From contig CDLV01000014.1 in NCBI GenBank assembly GCA_001244265.2, forward strand, positions 620,001-684,000: a DNA stretch of 64,000 nt, written 5' to 3'. Shown here one piece after another: positions 10,649 to 21,692 of the stretch; position 1 is the first letter of the stretch; every line of letters begins with the position of its first letter. Position numbers and translations under genes: made by a program. The stretch is from Microbotryum violaceum. Its lineage: Eukaryota. The notes below the pieces were generated by a model. The model made no database searches. It was not told the origin of the DNA and saw nothing but the letters and a program-made list of their open reading frames with translations.

Positions 10649-13600
10649 ATGGTCGCCAGACCGGCGTCGGCGTCGTTGGGGCCGATTGCTCCGACCTCGA
10701 GCTCGTCGTCCGCAGCGGTTGTACCACCGCACCAGCATCCGCCGCCCCACTCGCCGCTTTCGGACTCGGAGGAGCGCGCACCCAAGAAGCAGAAAAGGGT
10801 CACCAAAGCCGTAGGTACAACTTGGCTCGCTGCAGAGAACGCTTGCTGCGCTGACACGCTACGCTCTGGTTCTCGCGGATGCTGTGCCCCACCACCGTGA
10901 TTCCATATCCGTCCTATTCATTGCTACAGTGCGATCAGTCAGTCTGCTTTTGTGCACTGTAGCAAGCTGATTCATGATCTCACAACGCTGAAACCATATC
11001 AAACCCTGCGGAATAGATGCCGACGACGACGCGTCAAGTGTGAAGCTTTCCCGAATGCCCTCTCGATTGACTCGCCGTGTGTTATCTGCACCGAGCAAGG
11101 CTCCGCCCACGAATGCAGCTTCACACGACCGACTCGTAAACGAGGTCCTCAAGCAGGTCTGACCAAGAATCTTGCAGAACGCATCACGGGTCTCGAACGA
11201 TTCGTCGTAAGTGCCCCCTCAGTTCAGAAAACCTCGGCTCGCTCATCGACCGATCACATACCCTGTGCGCTTTATTCCAGGGGTACTTGCTCGCGGTCGA
11301 AGGGGAAGAGATGCTCATGGCCAAGTACCGAGCTTTTTTCGATCAAAGTGATTCGAGCACCGACGCTGCAGCTCAGATGGCCGCTTGGAACCGATCGCAG
11401 CTGTCTCACTTGCTCGAAAACCTCGTCATCAGTCCCAACACGTCATCGGCGCCTGCGATTGTCAAGCAGGAGCAGCAACGCCTCGATTCCGAACTAGGGG
11501 TACACGATGTGGTCATGGACGGATCCAGCCCCGCCAACAGTCGACCTTCGGCTCCAAGCCTGCAGGACTTGAGCCCGGCTGCTGCGGCTTCGACTCCAGG
11601 GACCGCCACTCGCGTCGGATCGTTCGACCCCTGCTCTCGGTCTGCAGCGTCGCTGGACGCGTCCGATACGTTTTCGAATACTTTCAATAACCAAAGCCAA
11701 TGTACCTGACTCTGGTTCGGCTGTGGCGGACTCGAGCGAGTCAGCTTTACAAACGCTTGCACACGCGGCGATACCCGACTATTTCTTTAGCGACCCTTTT
11801 CAGGGTGGGTCCGGGGGGCTCAAAGGTACCGGCACGGAAGGCGATGGATCAATGGCGAGCCTTTCATCGAACGTTGTGCTTTCACTCTCCGACGAGGCGA
11901 TACGCAATCAAATGCTCGATGTCTACTTTCACCAAATTGTGCGTCCCACCTTACCGATTCTCGACAAGGCGCAATTCTTCAGCTGGTCGGCCTATCTTCC
12001 ACCCACTGATGCTGCGACCTCGATCGCCGCACAAGCACTACCGGCTGAGCTATATTTGAGCGTTTTTGCCGTTGTGGCTCCCTATCTGCACTCGGATTCG
12101 ACACACTCTTCAGAGACTTTTGCAACGGCTGCGCGCTTCTACCTGTACTCTTCGATGAAGGACCCATCGGTCGAAACGGTTCAAGCTTGCACGCTTCTCG
12201 CTATTGCGGACTGGGGACTCAACGAAATGTCGCGCGCATGGATATTAAGCTCGCTCTCCATTGCACTCTCCATCACCTTGGGGATGCACCTGCGGCAGCA
12301 GCACGATTCGCGTACGCCCACTCCGTCACGCCTGCGGACCTTCCATGCGGCAATCATCGTACACACGGTCTTTTCACTCCGCCTATCACGCCCACCAATT
12401 ATCAACTGTGAAGACTATGACGTTCCCTTACCACCTAGCGAAGGTTCGGAAAACTTCGAATTGTGGAGTCTACGGCACAACGCCAACCATCTCCGGGGCG
12501 AATACGCACTCGAGCCGATAGCCACGATTGCCCGGCGACCAGGTGCGGTCCGTTCATCGACGCTTCTCCTCTTTTCAAAGACGGCGAGCTTGTGCACATT
12601 GGGACTCGCTGTCCTGCGTTGGAGCCTTCGACCTGCTGCTGGAGGGGATCACGGGGAGGTCAACCGACAAAACCTGATCAAAGCACTCGTGGCGTGGGAA
12701 CGAGGGCTCCCGCCAGAGTTGATGATTGGTGAGCCGTCTACGCGCGGCACCGATCGGGTCAAAGAGCGCTCAAGGTCCATCATCAAGATGCATATGACCT
12801 TGCACTCGCTGTATGCTCGCCTCTCTCCCTCACAAGAGGCCGTTGCTGAAGAGGGTCGCGCATTCTCATATGACCCCGCACCAGAATCCATATCGATGCT
12901 GTTACAGCTCACCACGACGTCTAGGGACTTGTTCACTTATCTTCGAACGATGCCTTCAGTCGAGATGGCGCTCGACGTGCTCGTCAAAGCTGGTCTGGGG
13001 GAAGATCCTTCGGTTAGCGGCGCCTACGAGGAGCTTGGTCGAGTACATCGCTTGGTGCGGCGCCAAGGGGTCGTTTCTCGACTCTCTGCTCCGAACATGG
13101 CAACTCCGTTGTCGACCGAAGGAGGCTACGACAGCCCGATCAATGCTTTTGTGCAGATGCACCCGATGTCACAGGTCAATCGACCACCGCACCCGCTGAC
13201 CTCATCCCTTCACGGCACAACTCAGCCGGCTAAAGACTCTTCCCATGCCTCACTGGTCAATGCCGAGGCACTGTCAGTCCCAACGGAGCCGTTCCAAGCG
13301 TTCTTATCGTACTCGGACGTACTGGGCCCGTCTGCGACAGCCTCGACTGTGCTCGACTTCGGATCATGGGATCAATCTGATCTCCTGGTCTCCCTCGGCC
13401 TCGTTTCTGACCCAACAGCGGGCTCCCAGGCATGGCAACCCCCACCTTCGAGCGATATGTCGGGCTCTCACAATGGTCAACACCTGCCCGTCTTGGACGA
13501 GTCGAAGCCGATCTCTCTCCGGCCGATGGCGACGACCGGAGCAACAGAGTTTCCGCACTCCGGCCTGAACGACGGTGAGGTTGGCCATGGGAACAGCCAC

Positions 13601-13837
13601 ACCAGCATAGGCCACACTACACCACTCCGAGGCGAAGGGAACAATGCGGCCTTTATGTTTGAAAACTTTGGTCAAGGGACGGACTTGTTGGCTAGGTGGT
13701 TGGATCGAGACAGTTGGGCTACTGGTTCGTCAGGTGAGCCGATTCAGGGGCTGTCGACGGGTGACTCGGAGCAAGATCTGCCTTCGAACACGGGAATGAT
13801 GCTCGACCCTTCGAGTGGCGAGGGCATGATGATGTGA
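10649..13837 (+). CDS. Zn(II)2Cys6 transcription factor with fungal TF middle-homology domain (QutA/QA-1F-like context), apparent frameshift near 11695
   Basis: Spliced VTKA|CDQ|CRRRRVKC..PCVIC..EC..KRGP; MHR motifs LDVYFHQIVRPTLPILDK, ETVQACTLLA, AWILSSLSIALSITLGMH, RPPIINCEDYDVPLP. Confidence 0.85.
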
Positions 13838-14499
13838 AATGACAAGTGTTGTACCCATCTGATCGAACTTCGAGTCTCAGGTTGATTCGCTTGAACGCGG
13901 TGTTCGATCGGACGTACCTTCCTGACCGGGACCCAGGTGGCATTCGCCGAGACATTTGGCAAACTGCAGCTCGCAACGCGGCGGTGTTGTCTGGTCACCC
14001 TTTATCACGTGAGCCACGCCCCCACGCGCCTGATGCCGGCTGCCGGCGTTCGACACTCCGTTCCGAGTCGACGTCACTCGTGTGGTCACTTGAATCCAGA
14101 TGCAACTCTGAGCAGTTTCTCCTGTAGACTCCACCAAATTTAGCTGCACGTGTCCAATGCACTCGCCCCCATAAGGTCACAAGAGGCCTTGAATTACTGT
14201 AACATTCCGAACCGTTGTCGCAAGTCGCGTGTCGCGGCGTTGAACGAAAAAAATCCAGGCAATACGGACGCGCAAGCGAGATCGGCTCGGAAGTCAGAGG
14301 TTACTAGAAGGTTTGCACTGCAAAATGCAATTCGCGATCGTGGTCCGGCCTCGCGCTGGGCGCGCCGACGTGAGACCCTCTCGACCTCGCGTTTGCCCTC
14401 TTCCCAATCCCGACCCTCCTCCCAGCATTTCTTGACCTTCAACCAGCTTGCTTAACCCACATCCCGTCTTCTCGGGAAAGGAACGACTACCGGTTCAAC

Positions 14500-16203
14500 A
14501 TGTTTCGTTGCGCTGGTGCTCGCTCGATCGCCCTCCTGTTAGTCGGGTTACTAGCGACTAAATCCGTCCTCGGTGCTGTCACGCCAACCGCGCCGGGCCC
14601 CGGCGTAACCTTTGACGTAGGCGGGCAATGTTCATTCACGTGGACCGCCGACACCACGAACGTGAGTGCTTTGCGTCTTTTGGTCTGGGGTGGGATTTAA
14701 AGTGGTGCTCGCGATCTTGATCTTTCGTCGAAGCCACTCTGAGTGCTCTGGGGTTGCTTCCCCGGCCGATTCCGTCTTGTCCGTCGGGCGACGCCCTCGC
14801 GAGTGAGACGGCCAACAAAAGGAGGCGCGGTAGGCGGACCCCGACCACCTGCTGTTGAGCGAAGCAACCGCCATGACGTCCTCGGAGCATAACATTCATT
14901 CGGGGTCATATAATGACGCCTCATGTGGCTGGGAATCTCCCCAAGGGTCGTGTAATCACCCGATTGGGACCCACTGCGAGGGACAGCCCTGACCACGCGC
15001 GTCCTTCAACGAACGAAACGTCGCCAGACCAAACGCCCGACACGCCAAGAGACTCTTCGGCTGACCTCAAGGCTCTTCCCTTCCCCCATCCCTTGCGCGG
15101 CGCAGACATGGACCTCTTTCGATGTTGATCTCATGTCGGGCTCGAACCAAGCCATGTCGGTCGTGACTCGTGTCACAAGTGGTCTGGATGGCACCAAGTC
15201 CGGCACCGCGACCTTCACCTGCCCCGACGTGACGCCCAACAGCGCGATCTACTTTTTCCAATTCACCATGAGCGATGCCGACCCGCAGTGGACGACAAGG
15301 TTCACCATTGCATCCTCCACAGTTGCGACTACCACACCCGCACACTTGACCCAAAGTGATGGATCTGCGATCCCTTGGGGCGTCGGAACCTTGGCCGGCG
15401 GAGCCGCAGCCAACTCTTCCTTGACCGCGACCCGACGAACATCGTCCACTAGGACGCTTTCCAGTCCGACTGTGTCTAGTACTACGACAACAGTGACGAC
15501 TACCGTGCCCGCCTCACCGACCACGACGGCCGTTTCCAGCACTATCGCGACCTCTTCCAGCACTTCTGACAGCACTTCTGACACGACTTCGCCTTCCTCG
15601 TCCTCGTCCTCGTCCTTGTCCTCGCCCTCCGCGAGTACGAGCGCGAGCGCAACCGCAACCGCCGCCGCCGCCGCCACAGGAGGTGCCTTCTTTTCGACTT
15701 GGCCCATGGGAGGCAAGATTGGCTTCTTCGTCGGTATCGGCGTCGCAGGCTTGATCGTCGTTGCTCTGCTTATCTGGCTCGGCATCCATCTGTGCCGACG
15801 CCGCGAGGACGACGGTGCCGAGAACTTTGTCAACGAATGGGACACCGTCGATCAAGACCCTTACTACGCGAACCAGAACCAATCGACCGTGCACGCTGGA
15901 GGTGCCGCAGCTCATGACGAAGATGCGGGGTACGCGTCGGAGAAGGTCTACGGTCGATCCCAAGTCGACGAGCCTTACGCCGCGACGTCGCGCATGCCCG
16001 GAGGTGGCCACGAGGCGTACCCATTGGTCCCGAGAGGCGGCGAGGCGGCGTACAACCACTCCACCGCTGGCTTTGCCGCTTACCCTCACAACGACTATCC
16101 TCAACGCGCCGTCTCTCCATCGAACTATGGCGGTGCTGCCGACGAGTCTTTCCCCCACGGCTACCAAGATACCACGAACCAGCCGCAGCATGATCGTTGG
16201 TGA
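14500..16203 (+). CDS. Kre9/Knh1-like extracellular domain + Ser/Thr stalk + single TM + Tyr-containing cytoplasmic tail (cell-wall sensor-like)
   Basis: Signal peptide, VTPTAPGPG..CSFTWTAD|TWTSFDVDLMSGSN..CPDVTPNSAIYFFQFT..WTTRFTI, S/T-rich run, TM IGFFVGIGVAGLIVVALLIWLGI followed by CRRR; one intron 14662-15105. Confidence 0.8.
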
Positions 16204-16616
16204 TACCTGAGCACGGTTGGGGTCCACATGGATACTTCATTGGGACTCCGGCCTCTCTCGAAAAATAGTGATTGAACCCCATCTCCACCCTACCCTATCT
16301 TCTCGTATAATAGACTATCTCTCCCGACGGGGCCTTGTGTTCTCTTTCCGTTTCTTACGTCGTATAGGCACGTGACGCATCTCTTTTTTGCTTAACTCCT
16401 CTCCTTGTCTATTCTTGGACTTGTGCGGAAAGCAATCTTATTGTTATAATACACATTCCGGGTTTGCTCGTGTTCTCGTGGTCATCCCAACTTGACTTCC
16501 AGTAAGTCCGATCACATGAAAGGGCAACCTCGACTTTACAAAAAGGATATGCTCTCGCTCCAACCCCAATCCCTACCCCAAAACCTAGTAGGAATGGTAC
16601 GTATGCGTACGCAAAG

Positions 16617-19340
16617 TCAGCTCTTTGGACTTTTCTGGGGCACACCATCGGTTGGTCCGAACCTGCTAGGGTTAACGATCGATGACTGACCCTGCTGTTT
16701 CGATCCCTCCTTTCTGCCCGTCCTCGGCTCCAGAGGAAACGACTGCGCGGCGATCGATTGGATTGGGAACAGTAGCGGAAGAGCCATCAGTAAGGTTGAT
16801 TTTTGCTCCTAGAGCAGAGTCCCGCAAATCACGTACCCCATTCGGGTAAGCTCACGCCGGTCCTGAAAGGGAAGAAGCGACAAGCCCTCTCAAGACCGAG
16901 CGATTCCGTACCGCTCAGCACCAGGGTAAGGCAAGAAGAGCAAAAAGGGTGGGCGGCGAGGTAGATGATTCCTGGAGTGAATGCGATGAATCAGGGTAAG
17001 TAGAGTGTTGGAGGCGATGAAGTGGTAGGACGGACCTTGATGCTTGGCCTGGAATACTCGGTCGTGGACCTTGATCGCCGAGGGAGAGAGGAATGTGACT
17101 GCACACAAAACCACGAAGAGTGGAAAACGTCAGACAAAGAGTGAGTAGTGCGACCTAAAGTAGCCTGCACCGAGCCTTACCAGGTACCCGCCCGTCCTTC
17201 CCCCACTTGTTCGTCACCGAGTTGCTGAACGAGTCCCCAAGAAGCACCACATTACTTTCGCCCACAATATGCTCCTTCTCGAGGAATGGCACATCATCCT
17301 GAATGATTGAATCCACTCGTCCGTATAGATAAGCGTCTGAAGCGAGGCGACGAGCGATAGATCGAAGATGCTCGGTTCTGGAGCTCGATCCATGAGTCCC
17401 AATGACGATTCGAAGAGGGCGAGGGGTCGTAGGGATCGAGAGAAGGGGGCCGTACGGACGGGCGAGGGGAGGTGTTTGAGTCTGCGAGAATGTTCTGTCG
17501 TGGGAAGATTGCACGAAATGGCGATACACGCCGGGTGCTTCGGTCGTCGAGAGATCAATGCTGGGTTGAACGTTGATACTGAGCTGCGCAATTTGCCTCA
17601 AGGGGAAGGGCGATGGACCGATTGAGAAGGCGTATACGTCCGTGGTTTTGATCTGAGACATCTTTAATACCGTCTCTGATGTCCATAGTTTGACGTGGAT
17701 CCGAGATAACCTGCCAGGCGTCTCGAGCTCCTTGATTAGGAATCCGTGCTTCGAGCCGGTTTCATGAGGGTTGGCCGTGGCAAGAGTAAACTCGATTTAT
17801 CCTTATCGCGTTCGCGAAGACGATCGGAATTTCTCGCAATCGTCTTGCCCGACTCGACCAATTCATCAATAAAGTGTTGAGTCTTGTCTTCTCGGAAGAC
17901 CGAATCCCACCAATGACTCGTCTCGGGGACTTCACTCATTTGGATCTGGGATCCATTGGCATAAGAACTTGTCGCCCATTCTCGGACTGTGGTGACGTAT
18001 TGGCGCGAGTGTTGAACGGGGACGTTGTCGTCGATGCTTTGTAGAAATGGACGATCAATTTCGGTGAGAAGAGACGATCCTCGAGTCGGGGGATCAGCAG
18101 GATAGGGGAACGGGGTGGCATTCGCCGACTCACCCCGTGCCGAGCCAAGATGTCGAGTCCCACTAGGTTGGAGGCGTAGAGATCGTTGTCGAACGAAGCG
18201 AGACTAGATATGAGAATCTGAATACCCTGACAGTGATCAGCGAGAATGGATTGTAGCTGCGTGCCGGCGGCGAATGCACTCACCCCTGTCAAGCTTGGAT
18301 CTCGATAGTGGTGGCCGACCGAGAGGTGGTATGGTACGTAGTCTTGGATCTTGACGCTGTGACCGCGTGTACACGACATAAATTAGCTTCGCCGTGCTCC
18401 GTGCACTTGTCCGTTGTACCCGCGACTCACTAGCCCGCAGCTGGCACACCCCCCGCAACCAAATCAGGATACCGGCTGATCAAATACCAAGCCCCTTGCC
18501 CACCATTCGAATGCCCCAGCACGACCAATTTCTTGACTTCGCACGACGTCACATCTTCCAATAAGCCATGGGATTTGGCCCATTTCCCCTTCAAATGGCT
18601 CTTTAAGTGTTGTACAGCCGAGAACGAGTCGTGTAAAGAAGGGCCGTGCCAATCGTAGCCCCATTCGGTCAGACCGAGCGGGAAGACGATTCATTCTTCT
18701 TGACGCGGTTTGATGGAAGGAGCTCATTCGGGTGCGGTGGCTGGATCAACTCCCGCGCCGTGCAAAGCTAGGAGTACGATGGGAGAGCAGGTCAGGGTCG
18801 CTCGAGGGGGACGGAAGCTCGCGTAGGTCGGGGCACCCGAGTTGGACAGGTAGGTCGAGGTGATGACGGCAGGATTGGAAGGTGACGAGTCCACGATGGG
18901 AAATGTAATCGTTCCGGAGTGACGGGCACCTTTGGAAAGAGAAGTGGTGGTAATAAAGTTGAGTTGAACCTCGTGAGAAGTTTGCGAGGTCAATTTGCGG
19001 ATCGCTCTTTTTTGTCGAAGGTGGATGGCGACGAGACGAGTTTGCCCCGGCGTGATCGTGAAAGGTTGACCGAGGAAGGCCACGATCTGTGGTGCGAGCG
19101 AGCAATGAGTTCTCCGTGCTTCGGAACGTATGGCCATGCGAGAGCTCGGATACTGACCTCGTCGCCACCGCCCTCGAGCCTGACTTGCTTGATCGTGATT
19201 TTGTCACTTTGAAGGTTACTTACTTCTACCCCAACGAGATCGCCCATGATCCAACCCCTAACTAAACTCGGCACGGTCGTTCTTTGGCCCCTTACGACGA
19301 TCTCTTCTCTCTGTTCCTCCGCATCCAGCCTCCACTTGCC
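16617..19340 (-). pseudogene. Alpha/beta-hydrolase (S9 peptidase/esterase-like fungal family), disrupted
   Basis: [27 protein letters not shown] (nucleophile), IQDYVPY, DDNVP, SHWWD. In-frame TGA at 18724-26 and 18691-93, frameshift near 17795, no recognisable N-terminal part or start. Both ends approximate. Confidence 0.7.
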
Positions 19341-19510
19341 CGTCGCGAGCCGCCGAAAACTGTTTCCTGAACTGCAAGCGGTCCAAGGCGGCAGCTTAAG
19401 AGCTTTGTTTCCTGAGTGGCGCCAGCTTAAGAGCGTGGAGGTCAAGCCTCACGCGCATCTCGCTCTCCTCTTGCACTCTTCCCTCACACGCCCGCACATC
19501 GCTTGTAGCC

Positions 19511-21538
19511 ATGGACATCGACGAACCACGAGCTTCGACATCCTCACCACCCTTGCCGGCAGGGGAACCCATCGATGTCGATGAGCAAGACGCCGTCACG
19601 ACCACCGCCACGGGGAACGGCGACGCTGAGGAAGAACAGGGGGGAGACCAGTCTGGGGATGACAATAACGAAGAAGGAACAGCAGACAAGAGGGATGAGC
19701 AGGAGCCAGTAGAAAAGGATGAGGAGGAGGAGGAGGAGGAGGAGGAGGAGCTGCAACCGGAACGACCACGAAAGCTCGATCGAGACATTGCAAGTCGGAA
19801 ACGGCATCCGTGTACACAGTTGTCACTGGTGTGGCTGATACCTTGACACTTGTACAGTTTGGTGACGACGATGACTCGGAACTGTCGGCACTGTCCAGCG
19901 GTACGTGCTCGCGTCGGAGCACGAGTTCACCCTCGAGTCTGGTGCTCACGCTGGCCCATCTCACATCTCCACAGACGAAGACGACGACGACGACGCCAAC
20001 AAGTCCGACAAAACACGTCGGATACAAGACAGTGACGGCGAAGACGGCGACAGGCCCTCGCTGCCTCACCTGCCCGAAGGATCCGACGACGCCCACCGAG
20101 ACCAGGATTCGGACCAGGACGATGATGACGAAGACGACGGCGGAGATGAATATGAAGAACCCGACCTCAATCGCATCAAGTTCAAGAAGAAGAAGAAATC
20201 CGCCTCTACCGACGACGGCGGCGAGCTCCCAGAACTGAGGAGCAAGTGGGTCACTTTACGAACTCTCGTAGGCAGCTGCCTCTTGCTCAAAGCTTATGAT
20301 TATGTGATCGGACCCCCAGGAAAAAGAAAAAGCCCAAGAGGGACGAGCCCGAGGTACCTGAACCGATCGAGGAGGAGATTGACCCGGAGAAGGGTACGTC
20401 AGGCTGGAAGTGCACGGCACGGGTCCCTCGATAACTGATGGAAACCCCCTGTGTTACTATACAGCCCGTAGAAAGGCGTTGGATGACCGGCTGAAGGAAA
20501 TTATCAAGCCGACAAAGGCAAGGACTGGAGGCAAGAAGCGCAAGGACGCCGACGATGATGTGAGCCACCGGATCCACCCTAGTTGGGCTTCCCGATCCAT
20601 GCGCCAGGCATTGATCTTCTCCCGCCACTGTCATTTATTAGGACTTGGAAGCGTTTAACGACGAAAAGGTCGCCGAACTCCGCACAGCCATGTTGCGGGC
20701 CGCCGACGCCGATATCACCGAGAACGAAGCCGGCCGTTACGCCCCCAACAAGCTGAGAATGTTGCCTAGGGTCGTCGAGATGATGCAAAAGTCAGTGCCC
20801 TGAGATAACAGTTTCTGAATGAGCGGCTGACCGATGCTCTACTCTGTTCAGGACCTCGCTCGGAGAATCCATTGTCGAGAACGGGGTGCTCGAATCGGTC
20901 AGACGCTGGCTCGAACCCCTGCCGGACAAGTCGTTGCCAGCGATCAACATTCAACGCGCCATGTTTGAAAGTCTTCGAACAGTGAGTTACTATAGCCTGC
21001 GAACGATCCGCATTGACGCTTGATTGACCGGAAGACACTCCCTGCGCACTTTTCCCAGCTCCCGATCGAGACCTCGGCGCTCAAATCGTCTGGTCTGGGC
21101 AAGATTGTCTACTTCTACACCAAATGCAAGCGCGTCGAACCGACGATCGGGCGCATGGCGAACCAACTCGTTTCGGACTGGATGCGACCCATCATCAGAC
21201 GCTCCAAAGCCTTCGTCGATAAAGATCCTTACCCTTACGCCGAACCTCTGACGAACCCCAATGCCAACCACTCGAACCGACGAATCCGAGTACCTGCTGG
21301 TGTGGTAGGCACGACGAACAAAGCGGCGGATGATGATGCGGGTTTGGCGAGGAGGCACGCGAGGATCCCCGAGAGCTTCTCGGCGAGCTTCTCTGTGGCT
21401 CCTCCGACGAGTGCGAGGGATCGACATGGTGCGGGTGGGGGTCTGCAATCGGGGCATTCGGTTACAGCTGTGTCGACCAAGATGAAGGGGTACAAGAAGA
21501 AATTGGTGGCCGGGCAACAGGCTTCGAGGAGGGTGTAG
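19511..21538 (+). CDS. IWS1: Transcription elongation factor IWS1/Spn1
   Basis: Acidic N-terminus; NGVLESVRRWLEPLPDKSLPAINIQ, LKSSGLGKIVYFYTK, LVSDWMRPII (TFIIS-N-like domain). Exons join in frame. Confidence 0.92.
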
Positions 21539-21692
21539 CTTGCGGGAGGATCATTCGCGCTCCTGTAATGTATAACGGTTGTTTCATCGTACACATCCGT
21601 CCGTTCGTAAGGAACGAGGATCGATGAGCTAAAGCTAAATGCACAGACAAAAATAAAATCTAAGACTGAGTACAATTTTAAATTTGAAAGTT

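Noticed and set aside
14662-15105. RNase MRP/P, TPP riboswitch or C/D snoRNA in the long intron
   Set aside because: Conserved boxes not found in the correct order; kept only as an unspecified structured intron.
15249-15845. Antisense ORF rich in V/E/A
   Set aside because: Mirror of the Ser/Thr-rich coding strand; same reasoning for other antisense ORFs such as 32912-34057 and 8469-8984.
18691-18726. Genome-wide TGA=Trp recoding
   Set aside because: Many intact genes here end in TGA (both OPTs, TF, SDR, OSBP) and use TGG for Trp.
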